A DNA stretch of 33,597 nt, taken from contig NC_068997.1 in the NCBI RefSeq assembly GCF_001194135.2, forward strand, positions 32,807,404 through 32,841,000, given 5' to 3'. Below, in pieces: positions 11,921 to 24,619 of the stretch. Within the stretch, counting starts at the first letter, position 1; the number at the start of each line of letters is the position of its first letter. The position numbers and the translations under genes were made by a program. This stretch comes from Octopus bimaculoides. Lineage: Eukaryota. The notes below the pieces were generated by a model. The model saw only the letters and a program-made list of their open reading frames with translations. It did no database searches and had not been told where the DNA came from.

Positions 11921-12409
11921 TGTCTCGTCTCCTATATCAGTTTCCCATCGCTAAAAATGACAATTTAAAACGGTGTTTAACGAAATGGAAATATAAGACA
12001 TGTGAGAACAAGCAATATACTCGGGTACCTCCAAACTGTTGCTTGACCTTCTAGAAACAGCGGCTAAATATTCTTAAACCCACAACCTACCGTCATAAAA
12101 AAGAACATAGATTAAGATGATTTTATCTAGAAGGAGTTCGGCAATTTGTCTTCGATAAGCGATATACCTTTTTCCAAGAAACATGTAAATTCAAAGACGA
12201 TGACTTTAACAGCAACGCCTACAACATCCATCAACAATGACAACAACAGCAACAATGACAACAACAGCAACAATATGCTGTTTGAAATCAACAAGTATTA
12301 TTCAAATGCAATTTCATCAAATCAATGCCATTTAACAGGAAGCGGAACAAAAATGGCGAAACGAATACGCTTTCAGCGTTCTTGCAAGTAAAAGATCTTC
12401 TATCTTTTA

Positions 12410-12578
12410 TTTATTTCATTGATTAGACTGCAGTCATGCTGGGATACCGCCTTGAAGAATTTTTAGTCGAATGAATCGACCCAAAGTACTTATTTTTTTA
12501 AGCCTGGTACTTACTCTATCAGTTTCTTTTCCCGAACTGCTAAGTTGCAGGGACGTAAACAACCCAACACCGATTGTC

Positions 12579-12648
<70 letters not shown>

Positions 12649-13052
12649 ATCACACATACACTACACATATATATATATTCATATGTGTGTGTATTTGTAT
12701 GTATATGTGTTTGCTTGTTGTTCATACACCTGTCTTCGTCTTTTGTTTTTCTGTAAATTTCGACTANNNNNNNNNNNNNNNNNNNNNNNNNNNNNNNNNN
12801 NNNNNNNNNNNNNNNNNNNNNNNNNNNNNNNNNNNNNNNNNNNNNNNNNNNNNNNNNNNNNNNNNNNNNNNNNNNNNATATATATATATATATATATATA
12901 TATACGAGGGGCTTCTTCTAGTTTCCGTCTACCAAATTCACCCACAAGGCCTTTGGTCAGCCCAAGGCTTTAGTAGGAGACACCTGCCCAGGATTCTACG
13001 CAATGAGACTGAACGCAGAACCATGTGGTTAGGAAGCTAGCTTCTTACCATA
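12410..13052 (-). mobile_element. tRNA-derived SINE family b: head (13052-12905) and tail (12580-12410), separated by microsatellite, a gap and a Penelope-type tail fragment
   Basis: Head TGGCTGTATGGTAAGAAGC (A box) ... GGTTCTGCGTTCAGTC (B box-like) ... CCTGGGCAGGTGTCT. The tail matches 21855-21992. That head and tail are one element is inference. Confidence 0.65.
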
Positions 13053-13089
13053 CAGCCAATTCCTTGTGACATTTATTTGTTCCGAATCT

Positions 13090-13160
13090 TTACATTCTAA
13101 GTTCAGATCCCATCGTGGTTAACCTTGCCTTTCATTCTGTCGAGGACGATAAAATAAAAT
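13090..13160 (+). mobile_element. Fragment of SINE family c
   Basis: TTCTAAGTTCAGATCCC..TTGCCTTTCATTCT..GATAAAATAA resembles the body of the copy at 32494-32684. Confidence 0.5.
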
Positions 13161-14118
13161 GGTATTAACTAACAGCCGCTCCTAAAATTGGTGTCGTTGT
13201 GGCTCAATCAGGAACTGTTATTACTATTGATATTTTCTGAATGTCGTTGTCTGTATGTGCTACGTAGATTTCATGGCTTAGTGAGAAGGAAGGGATTATA
13301 ATCATGATTTTCTCAGATTCCCTTGAGATTGGTAAAATTAGGATGACTGATAATCTGATGAAGAAATTCCAGAAAATTGATGTTCCAGTTGGAAGGATTG
13401 GTCGAAATATTTAATGTAGGAACTGCTGTAGTGATGAAAGAAGAAGGAACAAAAGTTTCGATGTTGCGTGGACTAGTTGTCAACGTTTGGCGATTGGTCT
13501 TTTCCAAGCTTACATTTTGTTACATCTCATTGGGGTTACACCATCTGGTCTTTTGTCATAAGTATAATACAAACCGGCTGGATCGAGAACAGACGGATTA
13601 TTGGATTAAGGAAAATACCAATTTCATCCTCCTATTGATTTCTGAGTATTCTGAAAACCTACAGGCATTTTTAGACTGGACAAAAATATGTTATCCCAAA
13701 TAATCCAGATACACTGTAATAAGATTTACAAAATATTTATATAGAGCAAATATCAGCTGCACCCACTCTCAGTGCTAGTGTTATTCCTAATTCATTGGGT
13801 TGATCCACACTGCCAAATGCTTGACTTCTAGACTAATATTCGGTACAATGACTGTTGATTATAATCAGATAACAAACATACTAAACACTTAAATTTGGAT
13901 ATTATCCTATGATCATTGCCATATTCCTTCTGAAGACACCACCCTATACAAACTTGTGACATATCCCTTGAAATTAGCGCCAAAAACACCAGTATTGTTT
14001 ATAACCAAAGTACATGTCTCAAAACAACTAACTTTCAGAAAGAGAAAGACAAGAATACTACGCGGTGTAGTGTACATAACTACCATATGCAAACGGCGGA
14101 ATTTTTCTCAGAGAAGGT

Positions 14119-14703
14119 ATTAATTGGATCTTTTTTAAAACGGGGGCCACATTTTTCATTAACGAAACACTTTGAAACTTGGAACACTGGTAGAATGTGT
14201 CATATAAAACATCTTTTTCTCTTAGTCTTCTTAAAAAAAAAAAGAAATCCCTAAGTTATTCCATGTTAAAGTTGTCGTATTTCTGTAATTTCAACCAATC
14301 ACTGACGTCCATTCAGCCGATATACATTAAGTGCCGACTACATAAACAAACGATTCTGAAACAATTCTATCGGTGATAGGGTTAGGGTTAGGGTTAGGGT
14401 AAAACATCAAATTTAAAAAGAAAAAAGCAAATAAAACGAAGATAAAAAAAGAAAATGGAAAAAGCAAATAAAACGAAGCTATGGCTTCATCAGCCAAAGG
14501 AGTAAATGTAAACAACTGAATACTTGAAATTATCGAAATAAGACAATTTTTTACATGAAATAAATTCGAATACAAAAATATTTTTCTGTTCTATAACACA
14601 AAATAGATAAGTATACGAAGTTTGAAAGTCTTTCGGTACCAAAAACACTACGTAAAACATTAATGAAAAATGTGGCCCCTGTTTTAAAAAAGATCCTATT
14701 AAT
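14119..14703. mobile_element. Non-autonomous DNA transposon (MITE) with ~39-bp terminal inverted repeats
   Basis: Left GGATCTTTTTTAAAACGGGGGCCACATTTTTCATTAACG (14126-14164) matches the reverse complement of 14658-14696 with 2 mismatches. ATTAAT lies just outside both TIRs, so a TA or TTAA TSD is possible. No ORF. Confidence 0.85.
14377..14400 (+). repeat. Interstitial telomeric repeat TAGGG(TTAGGG)3
   Basis: Direct inspection; lies inside the MITE. Confidence 0.9.
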
Positions 14704-14736
14704 TATATAAACAAAAGGAATGTTGTTTTCCCAGTG

Positions 14737-15052
14737 ACAATGACTAGGCTCACGCCGTCAGGTTCAAGTAACTCTTATGTAGTCCGAGGAAGACGGTTCT
14801 GCAATTTCTTGTTGAACGACTTGCACAGATGATTTGTTTATGGTGATCAAATGTTTGTGCTGTACATTTGCTCACTCCTTGTGAGTTGCTTGTGTCGGTG
14901 CCCGATATGCCTTACGTCAGATGTCAAAGTGATCATAAAGCAATGTGGGATGAAGTGTTTTCCCCAAGAACACAACGCAACTACCATACCAGGAATTAAA
15001 GACACGATCTCGCGATCACTAATGGAACACCATTACCACTAAGCCATGTGCC
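14737..15052 (-). mobile_element. tRNA-derived SINE, family a, copy 2 (diverged)
   Basis: Collinear similarity to 1697-1978 (TTCTGCAATT..TG..GAAC.AC.TGCACAG; GATCAAATGTTTGTGC; AAGTGTTTT..CAAGAACACAA.GCAACTA). Confidence 0.7.
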
Positions 15053-15144
15053 TTCGACGTTAGCTCCGATACGCATTGAGTATGCATCAACAAAATTTCA
15101 GAATGGGAAGTTGCATGCGTCTGGAGTTGCATATTATAATTACT

Positions 15145-16495
15145 CTGTGTGTGTGGGGGGGGTGTATGTATGTGCGTCTGTGTGTGTGTATGTGTGTGTG
15201 TGTGCATATGTGCTTGTCTTCGTGTGAAATTAGTGTATCTGTATGGGGTTAGCTTGCATGGGTTTGTCAATGTATGTTCGTGGTTATCTATGGGATAAGC
15301 GATTAATAACTATGTGTGTCTTTCTATTGGTGTGTGCTTCTGTGTGTGAGTGTATTAGTGTGTGGGTGAGAGTATTTACGTATATACATGTGTGTGCACG
15401 TTTTAAGATGAAGACTGTTGTAAATTATTGCAAGTAAAATATTAGACGCGGAAAAACTTTTAAGGGACAGGATAGCCAAAGATTTATGGGGGCTTTTAAT
15501 AGTGGCATCATATTACGCATCATGAATTCATGTTTGTGCTCTCTGTTCGATTTTCTATGCGTGTGTATGTCTGCGTGCATCTCGGGTGGTTGTGAAAATG
15601 CATGTGTAAGTGTAATCAGACTATTTGGTGTTTGAGTGTGTGTGTGTGTTGTGTTTTATGCGCTTGCATTTATGAGCGCATGTTGTGTGTGCGTGTTGTG
15701 ATACAGTGTTACGTTAGTGTGTCAGGTAGAGATGTAAGCTTTTGTAGCTATCGTTTATGGTTGGGTTTGTGGTCGACATTGGTGTTACATCTTGCGTGCA
15801 TGTGTATGTGTTCGTGTGAATGTGCATCTTTGCAGGTGTGAGATTAGTATCACGCTATGTGTGTTTGTACAGGTTCTGTGTTCTGTTTGGATGTGTGCAC
15901 GTATTTATACTGAATGAGTGTGTCGTCAATGGTTTGAGTATGCGCGAGTTGAGATTTACAGTACTAAGTAACATAGCTGTGTGTGTGGCTATGTGCGGCA
16001 TGTGCTTCTATGTGTGTGTATATGTGTGTGGATGAAGGGGCCATATGTAGGTGCGTGCATGTGGTAAAACATGTACGCACACCAAGTGTATATCTATGTA
16101 TGTGAATGCATATATCTATATATATAAATCTGAGAATGTGTGCGTCTGTCAGTCTGTCTGTATGTGTGCATTACTAAAACTCGAGAACTACCCGATCGAT
16201 TTCATTCAAATTCTGCACATGCTTTACGTATGGTCCATGCAGTATCAGGGGCCAAAACAATTTTCAACTTCTTGCCTAATGCGAGCCCGGAGCGATCTCT
16301 TATATCTTTCACTACTTCAGTATTACGTGTCAAAAGTGAAACAATAACATCTCTATTGAAATGTGAGGTAATACTTTCAGTTTTAATAGTTTTATTATTA
16401 ATACTTTCAGTATGTATTTGATATATACATACTGAATCTATTATCTCACTTACATATATACATGCATATATATATATATATATGTGTGTGTGTGC

Positions 16496-16545
<50 letters not shown>
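15145..16545. repeat. Degenerate TG-rich low-complexity region ending in pure (TG)n
   Basis: Direct inspection. Confidence 0.8.
16115..16420 (+). mobile_element. Possible non-autonomous Helitron/DINE-like fragment
   Basis: Starts A^TCTATATATATAAATCTG, followed by a GTCT microsatellite and an AACTCGAGAACTACCCGATCGATTTCATTCAAATT block, resembling the invertebrate Helitron/DINE-1 layout. No CTRR 3' end seen. Confidence 0.35.
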
Positions 16546-17216
16546 NNNNNNNNNNNNNNNNNNNNNNNNNNNNNNNNNNNNNNNNNNNNNNNNNNNNNNN
16601 NNNNNNNNNNNNNNNNNNNNNNNNNNNNNNNNNNNNNNNNNNNNNNNNNNNNNNNNNNNNNNNNNNNNNNNNNNNNNNNNNNNNNNNNNNNNNNNNNNNN
16701 NNNNNNNNNNNNNNNNNNNNNNNNNNNNNNNNNNNNNNNNNNNNNNNNNNNNNNNNNNNNNNNNNNNNNNNNNNNNNNNNNNNNNNNNNNNNNNNNNNNN
16801 NNNNNNNNNNNNNNNNNNNNNNNNNNNNNNNNNNNNNNNNNNNNNNNNNNNNNNNNNNNNNNNNNNNNNNNNNNNNNNNNNNNNNNNNNNNNNNNNNNNN
16901 NNNNNNNNNNNNNNNNNNNNNNNNNNNNNNNNNNNNNNNNNNNNNNNNNNNNNNNNNNNNNNNNNNNNNNNNNNNNNNNNNNNNNNNNNNNNNNNNNNNN
17001 NNNNNNNNNNNNNNNNNNNNNNNNNNNNNNNNNNNNNNNNNNNNNNNNNNNNNNNNNNNNNNNNNNNNNNNNNNNNNNNNNNNNNNNNNNNNNNNNNNNN
17101 NNNNNNNNNNNNNNNNNNNNNNNNNNNNNNNNNNNNNNNNNNNNNNNNNNNNNNNNNNNNNNNNNNNNNNNNNNNNNNNNNNNNNNNNNNNNNNNNNNNN
17201 NNNNNNNNNNNNNNNN

Positions 17217-17249
<33 letters not shown>

Positions 17250-17259
17250 GTACGTCTGT

Positions 17260-17325
17260 TATCTTTTACTTGTCTCAGTCATTAAACTACGGCCATCCTG
17301 GGGCACCGGCTTCGTTTCGAAGGCT
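17260..17325 (-). mobile_element. SINE family b tail fragment
   Basis: CTTTTACTTGTCTCAGTCATTAAACTACGGCCATCCTGGGGCACCG matches the other tail copies. Confidence 0.7.
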
Positions 17326-17607
17326 ATACAGCATTCGGGCGTTCGGGCGTATGTACTTGGTGCGCGTATTTAATGCGTGTATGCAAGCCTGCATTGAATA
17401 TGTATGTGTGTATGTATTTGCATTCATTCGTAGATGTGGATGCACACCTACCTACGCGCATCGCAGAGGTGGATGCCCGTAGGTATGTGTGCATAGGTGA
17501 TTGCGGTGGAGCTGAGTCGAATGTTGGTGGTAGATTTCTTAAATAAGTATGCGTGGTGTGGCCAGGCTGATTGATTGCACAGATTGATAAGTCTATGTTT
17601 TATCGTT

Positions 17608-17742
17608 TACCTTTTACTTGTTTCAGTCATTAGACTTTGGCCATGCTGGGGCACCGCATTAAAGAATTTTTCAGTTGAATGAATCGACTCCAGCACTTAT
17701 TTTTGTTAAGCCAAGTACTTATTCCAACGGTATCTTTTGCAA
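17608..17742 (-). mobile_element. SINE family b tail fragment
   Basis: CTTTTACTTGTTTCAGTCATTAGACTTTGGCCATGCTGGGGCACCGC..AATGAATCGAC..AGTACTTATT matches 12410-12540. Confidence 0.8.
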
Positions 17743-17759
17743 AGAAGGTGTAGCTTTAT

Positions 17760-18100
17760 GATCAATATCGTTCCATTTGTGCCCGTTCACTCTCTTTAGA
17801 GGGTTCTTGGTTATATTGGCGATATAACTTCTTCCCTTCTTTCAAAGGCAAGCAGTGATTTAATCCTTTGTTTGTCCAAGTTATTTTCATGTGTTTGTTC
17901 TAAACGTCCATTACTTGTTTGCAGACTTTCACTTGGCCTTTTGGTTGATTTGTTCTGAGAAATATAAAGCTTTCTTTTAATAATTCCCAACTTACTTCTG
18001 TGGTTGAGAACTTGGGAATGTGTATCATAAATGGTGCATGGAAGCCAAGGAAATCTGTCCTGTGTATTACATGTGATACACAGGACAAGGAAAGGGCTAA
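17760..18100 (-). mobile_element. Possible highly decayed LINE (CR1/L2-like) inter-domain fragment
   Basis: SWELLKESFIFLRTNQPKGQVK..*..KITWTNKGL..KEGKKLYRQY loosely resembles the W..FK...P.K...PW.....KKLY linker between APE and RT. Weak similarity only. Confidence 0.25.
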
Positions 18101-19549
18101 TAAAGGTTTTGCTGCTATTTCTAGCATGGCCTGTGTCTCTGATGGTGATGACGACGATGATGATAATGATGGCACAGTGCGGTGGTTGTAATGGTAGTGG
18201 TATATGAGGATGTGAAGGAGTCGTTGCTGCTGCTGTTGTTGTTGTTGGCGCTCCGCTGCTACTGCTGCTACTGTTGTTTTCGTTGTTGCTATCGGTGTTG
18301 TTGTCGTTGTTGTTTGCCTTTATTGTTTGAACCCTGAGGCCCTGATCCAGCTGTCCTCTGACACGCGTCTAGTAAGCCTCGAAAGACGAAATACACAAAT
18401 CATTCTTCTCATTAATACCATATCGTCGCCCAGCTTAAGACCATACTTGCACACTCAGATATGTAATGAAGAATCTCACATAAGGTTCAGTGTAACAGTC
18501 TTAGATTATATAATGCAATCTCTCCAAATGTCCAGTCGGTTTCTGTATATATCTGTAGATTCTGGTGGCGGCTGCAGTGGGGGAGGATCGCAATTTATGG
18601 GGAAAACAAATTATCTCTGAAGAACCTATCTGGTCAGATTGGCATTTGATGTGATCACTCTTCTTTATTTCAAGCAGTGTCTAGAACTCTTATCCAATAC
18701 GCTCTTACTATCTTTTTCTTTACGATGGTAAGATATGATTTGAAGGAGAGAGAGAGAGAGNNNNNNNNNNNNNNNNNNNNNNNNNNNNNNNNNNNNNNNN
18801 NNNNNNNNNNNNNNNNNNNNNNNNNNNNNNNNNNNNNNNNNNNNNNNNNNNNNNNNNNNNNNNNNNNNNNNNNNNNNNNNNNNNNNNNNNNNNNNNNNNN
18901 NNNNNNNNNNNNNNNNNNNNNNNNNNNNNNNNNNNNNNNNNNNNNNNNNNNNNNNNNNNNNNNNNNNNNNNNNNNNNNNNNNNNNNNNNNNNNNNNNNNN
19001 NNNNNNNNNNNNNNNNNNNNNNNTTATTTTTGGCGGTGGCGACGGCAGTTGCTGATGGCGGTGGTAGCTGTTGGTAGTGGGGTTGGATATGAAAGGGGTT
19101 GGGACATCTTTGGGTTTTTTGTTCAGAGGTTTTTGTTCGAGAATGTTGGTGGAGGGTGTCAATGGGGGAGGAGTGCATTGGGTGGGGAGCGGGCGGTGGG
19201 AGGTTGTTGTTCGTGATGGTGGGTGAGGGTGGGGTGTTGACCGAATGTTAAGTGCTAACAATGGTAACGGGTGGATGTGTTTGTGTTATAGAATGCAAGC
19301 AGTCATGAAACAGCTGCGGTGTATCACATAACCTACATCAGCAAAACTACTTTCGCGCCGAAATCTTATGTAAGCACATACGCACACACGCACCCCTCCC
19401 TCACACAAAAACAAACATAGGCATAACTACACACTCACCATATTATTCCTCTTTCTCTCTCTCACACTCAATTTTTCTCATGCACACAAACACAGATACA
19501 CACACACACACGCACACTCACATAGACAGATGTATGTATATGTACACGT

Positions 19550-19796
19550 ATATTTATAAGATGTCTCTCAGTGCCAATACCCTCAACTCAAACCTGACCT
19601 TTATATTAACTAATCAAATAGACAGATACAAAACAATTTATTTTGCTCTTATATAACTCATAATACATTCCCCCTTGTGATTGGACGTTTCTGTGGTCAC
19701 ATGTACAATTATGTATACGAATAGTGGTCATGGTCAGTACGTGTATACATGATTATTTGTTTATAAAGATATATATCACTGCATATACATTTGCAC

Positions 19797-19848
<52 letters not shown>

Positions 19849-20156
19849 NNNNNNNNNNNNNNNNNNNNNNNNNNNNNNNNNNNNNNNNNNNNNNNNNNNN
19901 NNNNNNNNNNNNNNNNNNNNNNNNNNNNNNNNNNNNNNNNNNNNNNNNNNNNNNNNNNNNNNNNNNNNNNNNNNNNNNNNNNNNNNNNNNNNNNNNNNNN
20001 NNNNNNNNNNNNNNNNNNNNNNNNNNNNNNNNNNNNNNNNNNNNNNNNNNNNNNNNNNNNNNNNNNNNNNNNNNNNNNNNNNNNNNNNNNNNNNNNNNNN
20101 NNNNNNNNNNNNNNNNNNNNNNNNNNNNNNNNNNNNNNNNNNNNNNNNNNNNAAAA

Positions 20157-20201
<45 letters not shown>

Positions 20202-20775
20202 TACATATATTCATATATTAGTACATAGGACGTATTTGCAAATGGAGATATGTATGTATTTATTTATACACAAATACATAAGCACACGCACACACATACA
20301 TACACACACGCACACATACACACACACGTATATATAAATATATAGCTGGTCTTCCTGTACCTCTTTTACCTTCTCTTTCTTCCCCTCACTCTCGTGTGGG
20401 TGTATGTATATATGTATATGTATGCATATGTACTTATATATACATATGGTTCTTTGCAGCAATTGCATCATTTAGTTCTTGATGTGTAAACTTTGCGTCG
20501 CAATTTTGCAATCCGGTCATCAGTACAATTCCAGTGCATGTTGCTAGCGAGTTTTTCCATACGCCTTACAATGTGTTTTCTTTACTTTTCCTTTTATATT
20601 TTGTAGAACTTCTGGTGCTGTGGTTCTGCTACATATTTCTTGCTTGATGTATTGATATAGACCGTCATTAGTCACTTGTAAGATTAAATTTCTTTCATAA
20701 CCACTATTTGTTCTTGGCTTTTCTCTTGTGATGGAGACTGGTTTTCAACGCACGAAGACGTCATTTGTTCTCTGA

Positions 20776-20822
<47 letters not shown>

Positions 20823-21350
20823 NNNNNNNNNNGTGTGTGTGTGTGTGTGTGTATGTGTGTGTGTGTGTGTATGTGTCTGTGTGTGTATGTATATATATGT
20901 GTGTGTGTATGTATGTATATATTATGTACATATAGGTGTGTATATATATATATATGTATGTAAGTATGTATGTATGTATGTATGTATATATTTACGCATG
21001 TATATATATTATATATGTGTGTAGTTGTGTATGTGTGTGTGTGTGTGTATGAAAAGTGTGTATATCTGTTTTTCAGTAAGCTGTTTCTAGCACAGTCTAT
21101 CCGAAAAAGATTCCTGCTAAATTTATATATCAATTGCTATTTTTAATCGTATTTATTTATTTATGTGTTTCAGCCAAGTGGCTGCGGTCATGCTGGTGCA
21201 CCACCCTCAATAATATAAAAAAATATATATACAATATATAAAATCACAGATACATATATGCACACATGCATACACACACACACATATGCGTATGTATGTA
21301 TATATACACTCTCACACACATATATCTGCATGCACACACGCGCGCACACA
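19550..21350. repeat. (AT)n, (CA)n and (TG)n tracts interspersed with short unique sequence
   Basis: Direct inspection. Includes a short SINE-b tail remnant at ~21165-21205. Confidence 0.75.
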
Positions 21351-21854
21351 ATTTATGGTTTCCTTACAACATAGCCAATGATTTCAGTTTTCGCTTGTGG
21401 CTTACTTGGTCGCGAATCGTGAAAAAAGTTTTTAATTAGTTTAATAATGAATTCACTGAAAAGTATGATGGTGCTGGTAAAGCCTGAAGAATCGAAGAGA
21501 AGTGTAGTAACGAAGGGAGAAAACTCAATGATATCGGAGTGTTGTCTGTTACTAATACTATGAAACCATATTGTAACTGACGTACTTACATTTGCCCAAC
21601 GACTTTTGCTTTATTCTAAGTAAAACTGAGCGGTGGGTATGCTTGATAACTATTCCTAAATCAGATTGCGCTTAGGATTACTAGAAAAAGTAAGCTTGTG
21701 ATCTTTAAGAGTAATAAATGATGTGCTATGTGCTACCTTGTCATCTATATTAAAGTTGGGGAATTAGATTTGCGTTCGTGCTCAAAAAAAGAAAAAAAAG
21801 TTTACATACATACAGACATACATACACAAACACACACGCACATATATGTATGTT

Positions 21855-21992
21855 TAGCGGTTCGGCAAAGTAACCGATAAAATAAGTACTAAGCTTACAA
21901 AGAATAAGTCCTGGAGTCGGTTTTTTCGACTAAAGGCGGTGCTCCAGTATGGCTGCAGTCAAAATGACTGAAACAAGTAAAAGAATAAAAGA
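21855..21992 (+). mobile_element. SINE family b 3' tail
   Basis: TTAGCGGTTCGGCAAAG..AATAAGTACT..CGACTAAAGGCGGTGCTCCAGTATGGCTGCAGTCAAAATGACTGAAACAAGT, ending in AAAAGAAT repeats and (AT)n. Confidence 0.8.
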
Positions 21993-22019
21993 ATATATAT
22001 ATATATATATGTAGCGAGA

Positions 22020-22175
22020 ATTTACAAAACAAAAAACAAATGACGAAAACGGGTCTGTAAACAACAAACCGATGTATTAGTTTAACGCTCGGGAAGTGAG
22101 AAAGTCTTTTATGTTTCGAGCCTACGCTCTTTGACAGAAAGGAACACAGAAATAAACAGGGAGAGAAAATTTTAA
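22020..22175 (-). mobile_element. Short Penelope-type terminal element, copy 2, with a degenerate hammerhead motif at 22106-22141
   Basis: Minus strand CTTT-CTGTCAA-A-GAGC(GTAG)GCTC-GAAA-CA-TA-AAAG. Downstream CCCGAGCGT..ACTAATACATC is shared with copy 1. Ends at (AT)n. Confidence 0.65.
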
Positions 22176-22904
22176 AAAAGGTATAGTGGCTAGCGATCTA
22201 CCATTTATGTAAGAGCCAGAGATCGAGGTGTAGGAAGAAAGTTAGCTTCGAGCAATCCGTAGTAAATATTAAAAAAAACAAAACAACTTCCAGGAACAAT
22301 AGTGTTTATTGAGAGGGAAGGTTGCAGATTATTTTTCTTTATCGAAGAACGATGTGCGGAAAAAAGTTCTTTCTATATTCTACGGTAGACATGTGCCGAA
22401 AAGAATACAAGAGTTACGGAATGGAGTCGGAAATATCCGGGTTACATACTTCATAGCGAGTGGAATCTCAGAAGTGGTAAAATCCAAGTGAGGTGTATAC
22501 TGCTGGCTACTCTTCAGGCCAAGGATATCTTGATTAGATTAAAGGTTACATTGTCGCAACGAGGTACATGTTGACGCAAAGAACATTCAATCAGATTGAA
22601 TACACACACAATTTCACCTATCCGTTTTAGATACTGATTTTCTTTACCTTTGTCTCCTCTCTAACCGACAAATCTCATTTCTTCCGCCTTCCAAGTCCAT
22701 ATTTTACTTCTACTTTTACATTTTATTTTTTGTACAACGGTAATATGGTCAACGTATGACATTTTTTTTATTTAAATAATGTCTAATCAAAATATTTAGA
22801 TATTGAACTATTTTCACTGTATCTCATTTAAATATTTTCTCGCGTTCTACTTTGGAAGAATTTCGGAATTAGGATTTCGAAATTTCAGTTATCAATATAT
22901 CTGT

Positions 22905-23270
<366 letters not shown>

Positions 23271-23439
23271 GTGTGCCTGCATGTGTGTATGTGGGTGTGT
23301 GTTTGTCTACGAGCCTGGGCGCTTGTAAATTATGACTTCACTGTATTAAGGCTGTCAACAAGACAGTTAAAAACTGTGACAGGAAAACGATCTCACGACA
23401 TCCACTTCCTCTCTGCTCTTACTAACATATATTATCATT

Positions 23440-24426
23440 GCAGCCGGCATCAGCACCAACACCAACAACAGAAACAACAACAACAACAAACAATATTATT
23501 AACAATAACAATAACAAATCACAGCTCCCAGTACTTGCATAATATGCACGATATTATCAACGCCGAGGTTCAGCACCGCCATTAACGAAAAGATAACCTC
23601 ACCACCCTCACAGTCGCATACGATCACCCACCCTTGGCCATCACCAAAACAACCTACACCACATTGTCACCAACACACCACCAACTGTGCCTACACCGCG
23701 ACTCAGCCCACAACATCACTTTCATCGCGGTTAAGCATACCCCACCCCAACACCACCAACCATAAGAAAAAAACATCACCTTCTTTTTAAAGAATCACAC
23801 AAACCCCCACCGCCATCGACACAGCCCTACACATCACAGAACTCTCTTTGACCGACTTTTCTTTACCACTCCCCCCCATTCCAAAGCCCCTCCTCATCCA
23901 CCAATCCATCGCCTACCCCATACCCCCACCTCACCCCACCCCAACCCTATAATTGTTGTTTCAATTACACGCCATAAATATTGTACATGTCTATGCTCAC
24001 TGTCACTCCCACCACCACCNNNNNNNNNNACCACCACCACTACCCCCACCACCTATCATCGTCGTCGTCATCAAGAACAAAAACGTTTATTTGAAACAGT
24101 AGGGGCAACTATACATGATCACCGTATCTGCCTGAAAAGGCAGTTAGATCTCAGCCCAAATCAAGAAAAAGGAAGGACACATTAGATAAAACAGTCCAAG
24201 GCCCTGGATGAATTTCCTTTAAACATAAGGCTGCTTGATTCGGGTCTGATTTGAAGCTATACAACAAAACATTGGTACAATAGCTACTACTACAACCCCA
24301 ACCACTACAATACTAACACTCCCTATGACACCACCAACACGACCATCACCCCTGACCCTCTTCTATTTCTTCATGATACCATCCAAACAAGACAATGAGT
24401 CGTCTACTACTACTACCACTACTACA

Positions 24427-24468
<42 letters not shown>

Positions 24469-24522
24469 GTTACTACTACTACTATTACTACTACTACTAT
24501 TACTACTACTACCACCACCACC

Positions 24523-24570
<48 letters not shown>

Positions 24571-24571
24571 G

Positions 24572-24619
<48 letters not shown>

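Noticed and set aside
17996-18059. Possible 64-nt minus-strand exon (AG..GTAAGT; DRFPWLPCTIYDTHSQVLNHR), in phase with the 13577 candidate
   Set aside because: The acceptor overlaps the 32-nt palindrome, and another frame looks like decayed LINE linker sequence; there is no independent support.
18675-18727. Possible plus-strand micro-exon AVSRTLIQYALTIFFFTM with a GTAAGA donor
   Set aside because: Isolated, with no partner exons; the resemblance to a membrane helix is not specific.
20544-20744. 66-codon stop-free minus-strand frame, and a strong plus-strand acceptor near 20606
   Set aside because: No start codon and no recognisable homology; the plus-strand segment has stops in all frames.
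21590-21680. Strong-looking minus-strand acceptor/donor pair (CTTACTTTTTCTAG..GTAAGT)
   Set aside because: All three frames contain stops; cannot be supported as a coding exon.
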